From: Corallococcus silvisoli
GTDB lineage: Bacteria > Myxococcota > Myxococcia > Myxococcales > Myxococcaceae
Direction: 5' to 3'
DNA length: 64,000 nucleotides
NCBI RefSeq assembly: GCF_009909145.1
Contig: NZ_JAAAPJ010000005.1
Location: 336,470 to 400,469 of the forward strand
Under the pieces are notes generated by a model. The model was not told the origin of the DNA. It did not search any database and saw only the letters and a list, made by a program, of their open reading frames with translations. The position numbers and the translations under genes are program-made. This document shows, one piece after another, positions 26,196-36,583 of this stretch; within the stretch, counting starts at the first letter, position 1, and each line of letters begins with the position of its first letter.

Positions 26196-27149
26196 TCAGC
26201 TGGCGCGGGCGCTGACGTCCGCGTCCGCCGGGTCCGGGACCTTCACGCCGGGCCAGTCCTCCGGCGCCAGGTCCAGGCTGAAGGGCGGCGCCTCGCCGCG
26301 CAGCGTGTGCCACAGCGCGTAGTCCGCGCACAGCGCCTGCGCGATGCGGCCGGACGTCGTGCGAACGCGCTCCACGACCGCCTGATGCTCCTCGGGCGTC
26401 TGCGCCTCCAGCATCGCGACGACGTTCTCCCAGACGCGCTGCCGCCAGACGATGAGCATCTGCATGACGGCCCGCTCCACCATGGGGCGGCTGAAGGGCA
26501 CGAGCAGGACGAGCTTCGTGGACGTGCAGTGGTAGCGCTCGACGAGCAGATCCAGACACTCGGGGATGCACGAGCGGAGGATCTCATTCACGTGGAAGTA
26601 GTCGTGCCGGTAGCGCGCCATGCGCCGCGCATCCGCCGGGGGAGACTGGTGCGCGATGTTGTCGTAAACGACCATGCCCAGGTCGTGGTTGATGTGCGCG
26701 CTGACGCCCAGGAGCGCGTCCTGGAACGGCCGCGTGAGTCGCTGGGCCGGATAGTGCGTCGCGAAGCGCCAGGCGGCCGTGGGCAGCGGCAGGTTCTTCA
26801 GCGAGTCCCGCACCGCGATGAGCGCCTCCTCCGCGAAGCGGCCCGTCAGATGCGACAGCCACTCGGGCTCCAGGAACCCGCCCGCGTCCGGCTGGCTCAA
26901 CAGGTGGACCACCCGCCGTGTGACAATGGCGTAGATGTCCAGGAAGATGGCGCGTGAATCATCCCGTGCGTTCAGCCGGGCGAGGATCTTCTCCAGACCC
27001 TCCAGCGCTTCCTCCGCGTTGATGGGATTCCAGAGGACGTCATCCAGTTGGATGGGGCCCGTGTCTTCCGGGGCCTTCGTCTCATGGAGGTGGACGGCCT
27101 TCGAACGATTCTTCCGGTGCGGCTCGGGGGAAACCGGTGAAACATTCAT
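26196..27149 (-). CDS. Hypothetical protein
   Basis: Long ORF with typical codon usage; no recognised motif. Convergent with the BamA-like gene, with a 6-nt gap. Confidence 0.5.
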   Translation of the reverse strand: MNVSPVSPEPHRKNRSKAVHLHETKAPEDTGPIQLDDVLWNPINAEEALEGLEKILARLNARDDSRAIFLDIYAIVTRRVVHLLSQPDAGGFLEPEWLSHLTGRFAEEALIAVRDSLKNLPLPTAAWRFATHYPAQRLTRPFQDALLGVSAHINHDLGMVVYDNIAHQSPPADARRMARYRHDYFHVNEILRSCIPECLDLLVERYHCTSTKLVLLVPFSRPMVERAVMQMLIVWRQRVWENVVAMLEAQTPEEHQAVVERVRTTSGRIAQALCADYALWHTLRGEAPPFSLDLAPEDWPGVKVPDPADADVSARAS

Positions 27150-27305
27150 GGAGTGACGCTCCACGGCTGGGGGAACGACTTCGCATGAAACCTTATCTCA
27201 CCCGGTACTTTCTGTAACGCCAGCCCCCCCGGAAAAACGCTTTGTTTCAGCGAATCCCCGCGTGTCGACATGACACGCGGGGCATTTGTCACCCGCTTGT
27301 GGCAC

Positions 27306-28559
27306 TCAGGGCGCGGTGCCTTCGCTCACGCCACTGCCCGTCTTGCCCAGCACATACTTCGCGAGCGTGAGGGCGTTGGCCTCGTCGAGGAGGGATTCGT
27401 AGGTGGGCATCTGCGTCCCGGGCTTGAAGGACTCCGGGTTGCGGATCCACTTCGCCACCTCTTCGGCGGGCTTGCCCTTCGCGCCCTGGAGCTTGGCCTC
27501 GAACTGCTTGTTGGCGCCGTGGCACGAGGCGCAGCCCAGGGAGCTGAACAGCTTCTCCGGGTCGTTGGTGGGCTCCGCCTTGGGACGGCCACCGGCGGGG
27601 GGCGGCACGGCCTTGTCGTTGGCCTTCATCGTGCGCAGGAAGGTGTAGATGGCGGTGAGCTCCACGTCGTCCGCGTAGCGGTACTTGGGCATCGGCGCGC
27701 GCAGGATGTAGCCGCCCGGCGTCACACCGGTCTTCATCGCGAGCTTGAACTCCTCCAGCGTCCACTTTCCGATACCGGCCGTCTCGCTGGGGGTGATGTT
27801 GGGCGACAGCAGCTTGCCCTCGCCGCCCATGGGCGTGAGGTCGAACTCGAAGCCGCCGCTCAGCACCGTGTCCGGGTTCTTCAGCTTCGCCGCGCTGCCC
27901 TCGAAGCCGGGCGAGTGGCAGAAGACGCAGTCGTAGACGCTGGCGGACACGTAGCGGCCGTACTCCACGGAGTCCGCCGCCTTCGCGGGGATGACCACCG
28001 GCTCCGTGCGGGCCTTGTCGTTGATGCCCATCGCGAAGGAGAACACCATCCGGCCCATGGGCGTCAGCACGGAGCGCGGCGGCTGGGACTGCTCCGGCGC
28101 GAAGTCCGGGTGACCGGAGCGCATGAAGCCAATCACCGCCGCCAGGTCCTTGTCGCCCATGTTGGGGAAGGCCGGCATGGGGCGCACGTGGTTGTCACGG
28201 TCGATGGCGTTGATGACCATGCGGGCGATCTCCTCGTCCTTCCAGGCGCCCACGCCCTTCTCCGGATCCGAGGTGATGTTCGCCGAGTAGAACGTGCCCA
28301 GCTCCGGCGGGAAGTCGTGCATCTGCACGCCGGTGGGCTTCGTGTTGCCGCCGCCAGCGTGACACTCGGCGCACACCGCGCGGAACACCTGCTCACCGCG
28401 GGCGATGCCCTCCGGTGAGCTGTCTCGCTGGATGTTCGGCAGTGCCACGTCCGCGTAGGACTTGTTGATCTTGTGGGTGGCGACACCCATCGCGGTGCCC
28501 GCGCCAATCAAGACCAGGACGACCAATGCTCCAAGGGCCAGCAGTATCTTCTTCACCAT
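27306..28559 (-). CDS. Membrane-anchored c-type cytochrome with three CXXCH haem sites
   Basis: N-terminal transmembrane helix; CAECH, CVFCH and CASCH motifs. Confidence 0.8.
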   Translation of the reverse strand: MVKKILLALGALVVLVLIGAGTAMGVATHKINKSYADVALPNIQRDSSPEGIARGEQVFRAVCAECHAGGGNTKPTGVQMHDFPPELGTFYSANITSDPEKGVGAWKDEEIARMVINAIDRDNHVRPMPAFPNMGDKDLAAVIGFMRSGHPDFAPEQSQPPRSVLTPMGRMVFSFAMGINDKARTEPVVIPAKAADSVEYGRYVSASVYDCVFCHSPGFEGSAAKLKNPDTVLSGGFEFDLTPMGGEGKLLSPNITPSETAGIGKWTLEEFKLAMKTGVTPGGYILRAPMPKYRYADDVELTAIYTFLRTMKANDKAVPPPAGGRPKAEPTNDPEKLFSSLGCASCHGANKQFEAKLQGAKGKPAEEVAKWIRNPESFKPGTQMPTYESLLDEANALTLAKYVLGKTGSGVSEGTAP

Positions 28560-28661
28560 GGGGAACGTTGCTCCGGCAGGACGGGGACACGGCTCTCCGC
28601 CGGTCCCCTCGAAAGGGGAGCCGGCGGAGCGGAGGCGTTGGGACGGGGTGTGACGGGGGTG

Positions 28662-29774
28662 CTACTGCCCGGGCACGCAGGTGCTGGGCGGGGGAATCGA
28701 CGGCGTCGTCGACGGGGTGCTGCTCGCCATCTGGAGGCCGGCGAACGTGACGATGCCGGGGATCTGCGGAATGGCCAGCGCCTGGAGCAGCCAGGGCCGC
28801 CCCTCCGGCGCGCTCGTCGTGGAGTCCTTCGCCGTGTACGTGACGACCGGCGGCGGGCCCATCAGCGGCGGGTGGACGACGGCGACCAGGCCCAGGCTGC
28901 TGTTGGGGGCGGGCGGGCCGGGCGGGATGAAGAAGCCGCGCGGCGACTGGAGCGGCGCCAGCGGCGGCGGCAGCGCGCCCACCGGTGCCCACTCGATGTT
29001 GAGCACGCGGCCGGACGTGGCCTCCACGGTGGTGTTCGCCGCGGGCACGCGGAAGACGGGGAACCCCGGGCGGTAGAGCCAGAAGACCGTCACGCCGCCG
29101 AAGCGGGCCGGGTTGAGCAGGTCCTGCACCGTGACGGAGGTGCCCTCGGAGCTCAGGCGCCGGGCCACCGCGTCCAGGATGCCCTTGTCGCTCACCTGGA
29201 GCGCCTCCAGGCCCACGCACGCGCTGTGGGCCGGCACCACCGGACGCACGGTCATCGTGGTCAGGTAGTTGCCTTCCACGACGGGCGGCAGCGGCGGCGA
29301 CGGGGCGTCGTTGGCCAGCGTGCCCTGCTGTCCCAGCGACAGGACGAAGAACGGCGCGCCCCGGCGGGTGGGCACCTTCTCCAGGGTCCACAGGCCCGTG
29401 GGCCCGGACACCACGGGCGCGGGCGGCGGGGGCGGCTGCCCCGTGGCCGGGTCCGGCACCGTGTCCTGCAGGGTCACCAGCGCGTTGCGCACCACCGAGC
29501 GCTGCAGCAGCGGGCTGAACTCCGCGTACAGCGGCGGCAGCTGGCACTGCGTGCCCGGCGGGGCGCAGTTGGCCAGGTTGATGAAGTAGGCCTCCGGATC
29601 CACCGTGAAGCCGGTGAGCCGGGAGGTCAGACCCTCCGGCTCGCGGTTCTGGTAGTTCGGGCGCGGGATGAACGTCGACACCGCGGGGGAGGAGGATTCC
29701 TGGCAGCCGGCGCCCAGCAGGGCCGCGCCAAGGAGCGTTCCAACGTAGAGGGCTCTTTGCATGGCTCGTCGCAT
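28662..29774 (-). CDS. Lipoprotein of unknown function inside the cytochrome cluster
   Basis: LLGAGC lipobox. Lies 4 nt from the upstream multihaem cytochrome gene. Confidence 0.55.
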   Translation of the reverse strand: MRRAMQRALYVGTLLGAALLGAGCQESSSPAVSTFIPRPNYQNREPEGLTSRLTGFTVDPEAYFINLANCAPPGTQCQLPPLYAEFSPLLQRSVVRNALVTLQDTVPDPATGQPPPPPAPVVSGPTGLWTLEKVPTRRGAPFFVLSLGQQGTLANDAPSPPLPPVVEGNYLTTMTVRPVVPAHSACVGLEALQVSDKGILDAVARRLSSEGTSVTVQDLLNPARFGGVTVFWLYRPGFPVFRVPAANTTVEATSGRVLNIEWAPVGALPPPLAPLQSPRGFFIPPGPPAPNSSLGLVAVVHPPLMGPPPVVTYTAKDSTTSAPEGRPWLLQALAIPQIPGIVTFAGLQMASSTPSTTPSIPPPSTCVPGQ

Positions 29775-29777
29775 CCC

Positions 29778-31688
29778 CTACTTCGCGGGGAGGATGTGTC
29801 GGGAGGGAAGCTGATCGCCGCCGTGGCACGTCTGCGCGCAGTTGCCGAACCGGCTGGGCGTGCCGCGCTGACTGAAGGCGATCTGGAAGAACTCGTCACC
29901 GTGCTGAGACACGTGGCACGAGCCGCACAGCGACAGGCTGGGCCGCTCGGTGCTCTTGCGCGTCAGGTGGCAGACGGTGCAGTCCGCGCGGTTCGCCGGG
30001 TAGCTGGGCGAGTTCATGTGGATGCGGTGCACCATCTCCTGCGTGCGGCCCACCGTGTCGGTGTCGTAGTGGTGGCACACCTTGCAGCTCTCGATGTGGT
30101 CCACCGACAGGCCGTGGCGCAGGTTGTCCAGCGACAGCACGCCGCGGTGGCACAGCTGGCAGTTGCCCACGTTGCCCGGGTAGGTCGTCGGCTCGTCCTG
30201 GCCCACCTGGAAGAAGAACGGCGACATCTTCGCCACGCGCTCGCCCATGGCGGCGCGGTTGAACTTCACCAGCGCCACGTAGGTGCCCGGCTTCGCGTCC
30301 GCGGGCAGCGTGAACGTCTGGCGCGTGGGCCACTTGAAGTCGACGAGGCCCGGCGTCAGCCCCGTGAGCGTGGCGTCATCCAGGAAGGCGAACGGGAACG
30401 GCTTGGCGAAGAACTGGGGCTTGTCGCCCGGGTCGCCCAGCACCTTCAGGTCCTGGATGGGACCGGCGATGGCCACGTTGGAGATGGAGTCGTTCTCCGT
30501 GATGATCCCGATGACGTTGGGGACGAACGTCATGATGCCGTTGGCCTGGTTGGTGATGATCTCCTTCGCGGACGGCAGCAGGTCCGGCGAGTGCAGGTGG
30601 GCGCCCGCGCTGTCGCGCAGGTCGACGTACATGCTCACGTCCTCGCCGGGCTTGTAGAAGCTGCCCTCCTTCGGGGGCGAGAACACCAGCCGCGAGTCCA
30701 GGCCCGGGCTGCACTGCACCGCATTGCCGCTGTCGTCGGTGCAGGTGGACGGGCGGTCATCCGGGATGACGTACGTCACCGGGAAGTAGAACGGGCGGTC
30801 CGGCAGCTGGCTCCAGGTCGCCTTGAGCGCGCCGGGGCCCGACAGGCGCGGGATGCGCAGCACCTTGAAGGGGTTGGTGCTGCCCACCATGTCCACGCGC
30901 GCGATGGTGCGGAACGTGGGGCCCTGCGCCATGCCACCCGGGAAGCCCGCCACGTTGCGGGTCTCCTTGTCACCGGGGAAGCGCGGCGCCTGCAGGTTCT
31001 CCGAACGCCAGGAGAAGCGGCTGTGGCCCGCGTAGGGCGAGGACGCCAGCAGCTCCGAGCGCAGGTACGTCTGGCTGGCGCGCGGGGCGCCCGTCTCGTC
31101 CAGCACCTCCACGGTGATGGTGTCGCCCTTCACCTTCTGCCAGTTCGCGTTGCCGAACTGCACCTCGCGGGTCCAGCAGTCCTCCACGGCCCCGCCGAGG
31201 CTGTAGAAGCTCCACTCGTCCGCGCCCTGGTTGACGTTGCTCCAGTCCAGGCCCGCGAAGACCGACTGGTTCTTGATCCACCCCAGCGCGGCGCTCAGGT
31301 CGGTGGGGTTGGTGTGCTGGTTGACCACCGTCTCCGAGACGGAGAACTGGTTCAGGAAGTACTGGGTGTCCGACAGGATCTGCAGCGTGCCCGTGGGGGG
31401 CGACAGCGTCAGCGGATCCTGGCCGAGCGGCGTGATGCACACGTCCGGGTACGGGACGGGCACTCCGTTCTTCGCGACCATCTGCCCGTTGGGAAGAAAG
31501 GCGCAGCCGTTGATGTACTGGAGGCTGAGCCGGATCGCGCCGGAATCAAGCCCCTGGTACGGGTCGAACCGCTTGGCGCCGCGCCCCGTGGTGGAGCCTT
31601 CGTCGTCGGTGACCTTGAGGAGGTTGCAGGACAGCAGGGGCACCAGCAGGGCGCACCACGCGCTCTTGCGTAGGATTGAGCGGATCAT
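29778..31688 (-). CDS. Multihaem c-type cytochrome lipoprotein (about 5 haem motifs, including one CX3CH) with a large haem-free N-terminal domain
   Basis: LLSC lipobox after MIRSILRK. CQLCH, CKVCH, CTVCH, CGSCH and CAQTCH lie in the C-terminal ~150 aa. ATG at 31688. Confidence 0.7.
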   Translation of the reverse strand: MIRSILRKSAWCALLVPLLSCNLLKVTDDEGSTTGRGAKRFDPYQGLDSGAIRLSLQYINGCAFLPNGQMVAKNGVPVPYPDVCITPLGQDPLTLSPPTGTLQILSDTQYFLNQFSVSETVVNQHTNPTDLSAALGWIKNQSVFAGLDWSNVNQGADEWSFYSLGGAVEDCWTREVQFGNANWQKVKGDTITVEVLDETGAPRASQTYLRSELLASSPYAGHSRFSWRSENLQAPRFPGDKETRNVAGFPGGMAQGPTFRTIARVDMVGSTNPFKVLRIPRLSGPGALKATWSQLPDRPFYFPVTYVIPDDRPSTCTDDSGNAVQCSPGLDSRLVFSPPKEGSFYKPGEDVSMYVDLRDSAGAHLHSPDLLPSAKEIITNQANGIMTFVPNVIGIITENDSISNVAIAGPIQDLKVLGDPGDKPQFFAKPFPFAFLDDATLTGLTPGLVDFKWPTRQTFTLPADAKPGTYVALVKFNRAAMGERVAKMSPFFFQVGQDEPTTYPGNVGNCQLCHRGVLSLDNLRHGLSVDHIESCKVCHHYDTDTVGRTQEMVHRIHMNSPSYPANRADCTVCHLTRKSTERPSLSLCGSCHVSQHGDEFFQIAFSQRGTPSRFGNCAQTCHGGDQLPSRHILPAK

Positions 31689-31909
31689 GGAAGACGAGGC
31701 CGGGGGAAGGCAGAGGGAGGAAGGGAAGGAGGTGCACTCACGCGCAGGCCCACGCGTCCTACCCTTCCCGACGCCGCCACCACTTCGCCACGCGAAGTCG
31801 GTGAGGGCCGGCAAGGGTTGGGAGGAGAACACCTCATCGCATCAAACTGACCACATTATGAGAGTCCGCGCAATTCGCGAACCTCCCGGGGAATACCGGA
31901 CACGGTGGA

Positions 31910-32851
31910 TCAGCGGCCTCCCGGGAGGAGAAGGAAGCCCGCGGACAACAAGAGCGCGAAGACGAGCCCCAGGCCCGCCGTCCTGCCCAGGTGGGGATTG
32001 AGGGCGCTGCCGTCCTCGCGCCAGATGGCGCGGATCTCCCGGGCCGCCAGCGGGAGCGCCAGCAGCGGACAGAGCCACGCCAGCGGGTGTCCCGGCAGCG
32101 TCATCCAGGAGATGACGGGGATGACGAACGCGCCGACCACCGCCACCGTGTACTCCCACTGACCGAAGGCCCGGCCAAAGCGCACCACCAGCGTGCGCTT
32201 GCCGGCGGCCCTGTCCGTGTCGCGGTCCCGCAGGTTGTTCACCGCGAGGATTCCGGACGCGATGAGCCCCATGGACAGGCCCGCGAGCACGACGCCCGGC
32301 GTGACGTGGTGGGCGAGCACGGCGTAGCTGCCGGACACCCCGGACAGGCCGAAGATGAGCAGCACCAGCACGTCCCCCAGGCCCATGTAGCCCAGGGGCA
32401 CCGGGCCCGCGGAATAGAAGACCGCGCCCGCGAGACAGAAGGCGCCGCCCGCGAACACGGGCCAGCCCCCCACCGGGGTCAGCACCAACAGCGCGAGCAT
32501 GGAGCCAGCGAACGCCAGGGCCGCGGCGCTCGCCACCTCGCGCGCGCTCAGCCAGCCCTTCTGGGTGACGCGCGCGGGCCCCAGCCGCTCGGCCGTGTCC
32601 GCGCCGCGCTCGAAGTCCGCGTAGTCGTTCACCAGGTTGCTGACGATCTGCATCAGCACGAAGCCCACCAGGAACGTGAGCGCTGGCGCGGGCCGCCAGC
32701 TGCCTTCCGCGTTGGCGAAGGCCCAACCCAGCAGGGTCGGAGCCACCGACGCGGTCAGCGTCTTGGGGCGCAGCGCGAGCCACCAGATGCGCGCCAACGG
32801 GGGTTTTGCTTCAAGCGCGACACTCGACGACGGGGGATTCGGAGTGGCCAT
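31910..32851 (-). CDS. menA: 1,4-dihydroxy-2-naphthoate polyprenyltransferase (UbiA superfamily)
   Basis: NDYADFERG (NDxxDxxxG) and a second D-rich motif (NNLRDRDTD), with ~8 transmembrane helices. ATG at 32851. Confidence 0.75.
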   Translation of the reverse strand: MATPNPPSSSVALEAKPPLARIWWLALRPKTLTASVAPTLLGWAFANAEGSWRPAPALTFLVGFVLMQIVSNLVNDYADFERGADTAERLGPARVTQKGWLSAREVASAAALAFAGSMLALLVLTPVGGWPVFAGGAFCLAGAVFYSAGPVPLGYMGLGDVLVLLIFGLSGVSGSYAVLAHHVTPGVVLAGLSMGLIASGILAVNNLRDRDTDRAAGKRTLVVRFGRAFGQWEYTVAVVGAFVIPVISWMTLPGHPLAWLCPLLALPLAAREIRAIWREDGSALNPHLGRTAGLGLVFALLLSAGFLLLPGGR

Positions 32852-33079
32852 GTGACCCTGGGGGAAGGGCAGCAGGCGCACGCTAGTGCTACAAAACATC
32901 CGTATCAATACGTCTCATGTCTCAAATGAAACATCCTCACTCTCAGGAATCATGTGTTTTATCGCCCAGAAACGTAAAAACCGATAACTCGAAACACGCG
33001 CATCCGGCGCGACGGCACCAGAGCAGAATAAGCAGATTTACGAGCTTAAAATGCTCTCCCGGGTGATAAGACCCGGGGC

Positions 33080-33775
33080 ATGATCCCTTCCCATCTCCCG
33101 CTCTCCCGTTCCCCTTCCCTTTCGCGTCGGAGTGTCCTGGCGCTGCTCGGCGTCGTCGCGCTCGCGCTCGGCGGCTGCGACACGGCGCTCTCCATCGCCG
33201 ACGCGCGTTCGCGTGGCACCGGCGCGGAGGTGACGGTGGAGGGCACCGTCACCGTGGCCCCCGGCACCTTCGCCTCCGCGTTGGGGGACGAAGGGTTCGC
33301 GATCCAGGACGACACCGCCGGCCTCTACGTCAAGGTGGCCGAGAAGCTGTCGTTCGGGCTGGGCGCCCGCGTGCGCGTCACCGGCACGCTGGATGAGCAG
33401 AACCAGCTGCGCATCCTCAAGGCCGTGCCCGCGGACGTCGAGCTGAAGTCCGGAACCGGGACCGTGCCCCCGAAGGACGTCTCCACCGGCGGCGTGAACG
33501 AGTCCGTGGAGGGCCAGCTCATCCGCGTCAGCGGCGCCATCACCCAGGCGTTCCAGGACGACTCGCCCTACGGCTACAAGCTCTACATCAACGATGGCTC
33601 TGGCGAGGTGCAGGTGTTCGTGCACGTGTCGGCCGGCTTCGACGCGGCGGCGCTGAAGGCCCTCGCCGTGGGCCAGCGCATCCAGGTGGTGGGCCTGGCC
33701 GCCCAGTACGAAACGACCTACGAGGTCGCGCCCCGCATGCCGGGCGACCTCGTCGTCCAGACGACGACCCCCTAG
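33080..33775 (+). CDS. Lipoprotein with a predicted OB-fold-like beta domain
   Basis: LALGGC lipobox; beta-rich sequence. Confidence 0.5.
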   Translation: MIPSHLPLSRSPSLSRRSVLALLGVVALALGGCDTALSIADARSRGTGAEVTVEGTVTVAPGTFASALGDEGFAIQDDTAGLYVKVAEKLSFGLGARVRVTGTLDEQNQLRILKAVPADVELKSGTGTVPPKDVSTGGVNESVEGQLIRVSGAITQAFQDDSPYGYKLYINDGSGEVQVFVHVSAGFDAAALKALAVGQRIQVVGLAAQYETTYEVAPRMPGDLVVQTTTP

Positions 33776-33982
33776 CACCCGACGCCCCCCTGGGTGCGAG
33801 GAACCCCGGGCACCCGTTCCGGGTGAACCGGGCCGTTGGCTTTCGTGCATCGCTTGGGATGTGGGCCTCCGAGCGGATGCACGAAAGCCAACGCGCGTCC
33901 ACGAGGTGGCCGGACGGGCAGGTTCCGTTCTCACCGGCAGTGCCAATCCATCGAGGTCCCTGGCGGACGAACGAGGGCTGGC

Positions 33983-36433
33983 ATGGACGGAGTTCGAGGA
34001 GCGACAGCGGTCTTGCTCGCGTGCGCGGGGCTGTGGGCTCCGGGCGCCGCGTGGGCCCAGGCCCCCGGCGAGGACGAAGCCAGCGACGTGATGTCGGAGG
34101 AGAAGCTGGAGGCCCTGCTGGACACGCCGACGGCGCAGCCTACCCAGGACGAGGTGACGGCGGAGGCGTTTGGACCGGAGCGGCTGACGTCCTACTTCGC
34201 GCAGGGACTGCTCGCGAAGGCGCGCGCGGAGTTCGACCGGGGCCGCTACCGGTCCGCGCGGGCGCTGCTCGCCACCGAATCCCCCCCTTCCCTTCCGGGC
34301 CGCTACCTCCAGGCCCAGAGCGCCTTCCTCGCGCGCGACTTCGCCACCGCCGCCGAGGAGTTCACCGCGCTGGCGGAGGACTATGTGCCCCTGCGCGACC
34401 ACTGCCTGATGCGGGCCGCCGAGTCCCATGAGCGCCTGCACAAGCCGCTGCGCGCGGCGGAGCAGTACGGCGCGGTGAGTCCGGCCTCGCCGCTCTATCC
34501 GGAGGCGCGCTTCACCCTGGCGCGCGTGCTCAAGCGCCAGAACCGCATCCCCGAGGCGCTGACCGCGCTCCAGGCCCTCATCGACAGCCGGCAGGCGCGG
34601 GGGCCGGACGCGCTCCGGATGAAGGCGCTGCTGGCGTACTGCGACCTGGCGCGCGCGCAGGGGCAGTACAACGCCGAGCACCGCGCGCTGCTGGAGGTCT
34701 GGGCGACGGCGCCCCTGTCGCCCGAGGCGGCCCGCGCGCGCGTGCTGCTGCGGGATCTGCCGCTGCCCATGAAGTGGCGGGTGCGCCGCGCCGAGGCGCT
34801 GGTGGAGCTGCACCAGAACGTCGCGGCCATGAACCTGCTGGCCCGTTCGGGGCCGCGGACGGAGCTCCCGGACGAGCTGGCCTGCGGCGCCCAGCTCACC
34901 CTGGGCCGCGCGCTGCGCAAGGAGCGGCAGCACCGGCGCGCCATCCAGGTGCTGGAGCCGGTGGCGCGCGAGTGCCTGTCCCCCGAGCAGCGCCCGCAGG
35001 CGCTCTACCTCCTCGCGTATTCGCAGTCGGTGGTGCAGCCGGAGGCGGCCGTGGACACGTACGCCACGCTGGCCCGGGACTACCCGGCGCACGGCTACGC
35101 GGACGACGCGCTGTTCTTCGAGGCGTGGACGCAGCAGCGCCTGGGGCTCGTGGACGAGGCGCTCCAGAACTACGAGGCGCTGGCGAAGCAATACCCCGCC
35201 GGCAACTTCGCCGCCGAGGCCCTCTTCCGCGCCTTCTGGCTGCACCAGCGCAAGGGCGAGACGCAGCCCGCGCTCGCGTCGCTGATGGCGGTGGAGCAGC
35301 TGCCGGAAGCGGCGCGCACCGACGAAGCCCTGTGGCGCGCCCGCTACTGGCAGGCGCGCGTGCAGGAGTCCGGCGGCGCGGTGGACGCGGCGCTCACGCG
35401 CTACGAGCTCATCGCCACCGAGCGGCCCACGGCCTGGTACGGCCTGCTCGCCCGGACGCGGCTCGCGCAGCACGCGCCGGAGCGGATGGCCCGCCTGACG
35501 GCGGCGTCCGCCGCACCGAAGGCCACGTCCATCCCGAACACCGCCGGGCCCGTCACCGACGAGGTCTGGCCCCTGCCCCCGGGCCCGCTCCAGAAGGACC
35601 CGCGCTTCGCCGCGGGCGTGGAGCTCTTGCGCCTGGGCCAGCCAGGCGTGGTGGAGGAGCTGCTCGCGGTGGACACGCGCGGCCTGGCGGAGGCGCCCGC
35701 GCGGCTGCTCTACCAGACGATGCGCCGCACCGGGCGGGGCCGGGCCACGCGGCAGGTGGCGCGCGTGTCGCTTCGCCAGGAGGCCGCCGGGCCGCTGAGC
35801 GCCGCGTCGCGCCCGGTGTGGGAGGCCACGTGGCCGCTCGCGTTCCGGCCGCTCATCCAGAGCTCTTCGCGGTCAGCGCGAGTGGATCCCGATCTGCTCC
35901 AGGGCCTCATCCGCGAGGAGAGCCGCTTCAACCCGCGCGCGCGCTCCGCCACGGGAGCGCTGGGACTGGCGCAGCTCATGCCCTCGACGGCGCGCCAGGT
36001 GGCGGACTCGCTGAAGATGGCCTCGTTCGACGTGTCCTCGCTGCTTCAGCCCGCGCCGAACATCCGCCTGGGCGCGGCGTACCTGGGGCAGTTGCTCAAG
36101 CACTTCGACGGCAACCCCGCCTACGCCGTGGCCGCGTACAACGCGGGACCCGCGGCCGTGGAGCGCTGGCGCCGGGCCCTGCCCCAGGCGGAGCTGGACG
36201 AGTGGGTGGAGCACATCGCCTTCGACGAGACCCGCGACTACGTGAAGCGCGTCCTGGGCAGCTACAGCGCCTACAAGCTGCTCTACGCGAACGAAGTGCC
36301 CGCGTCGTTCCAGAAGGCCCACAAGGCCCCCCTGGAGGCCGCGCGCGCGCCCACGGTGAGCCCCGCGACGGGCACCGGCGGCAGCGGCAGGAACGCGGTG
36401 ACGCCGACGTCCACCCTGTCTGGCGGACGGTAG
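33983..36433 (+). CDS. Soluble lytic murein transglycosylase (Slt70-like: superhelical TPR-like N-terminus plus SLT domain)
   Basis: Signal peptide after MDGVRG. SLT catalytic motif EESRFNPRARSATGALGLAQLMPSTA...AYNAG at the C-terminus. Confidence 0.8.
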   Translation: MDGVRGATAVLLACAGLWAPGAAWAQAPGEDEASDVMSEEKLEALLDTPTAQPTQDEVTAEAFGPERLTSYFAQGLLAKARAEFDRGRYRSARALLATESPPSLPGRYLQAQSAFLARDFATAAEEFTALAEDYVPLRDHCLMRAAESHERLHKPLRAAEQYGAVSPASPLYPEARFTLARVLKRQNRIPEALTALQALIDSRQARGPDALRMKALLAYCDLARAQGQYNAEHRALLEVWATAPLSPEAARARVLLRDLPLPMKWRVRRAEALVELHQNVAAMNLLARSGPRTELPDELACGAQLTLGRALRKERQHRRAIQVLEPVARECLSPEQRPQALYLLAYSQSVVQPEAAVDTYATLARDYPAHGYADDALFFEAWTQQRLGLVDEALQNYEALAKQYPAGNFAAEALFRAFWLHQRKGETQPALASLMAVEQLPEAARTDEALWRARYWQARVQESGGAVDAALTRYELIATERPTAWYGLLARTRLAQHAPERMARLTAASAAPKATSIPNTAGPVTDEVWPLPPGPLQKDPRFAAGVELLRLGQPGVVEELLAVDTRGLAEAPARLLYQTMRRTGRGRATRQVARVSLRQEAAGPLSAASRPVWEATWPLAFRPLIQSSSRSARVDPDLLQGLIREESRFNPRARSATGALGLAQLMPSTARQVADSLKMASFDVSSLLQPAPNIRLGAAYLGQLLKHFDGNPAYAVAAYNAGPAAVERWRRALPQAELDEWVEHIAFDETRDYVKRVLGSYSAYKLLYANEVPASFQKAHKAPLEAARAPTVSPATGTGGSGRNAVTPTSTLSGGR

Positions 36434-36583
36434 GGCTCCCACCTCGACGGTGAGGCCAGGACGCGAACGCCCAACGGCGGCAGGACTCCATGGCACGTTG
36501 GGCGAACGCCTTGCCCCCCTCACGTCGCCGGACGGGACCTTGGCTCCCGTCCGGCGCGCGAGGAAACAGTGCGGCGATGGGCG

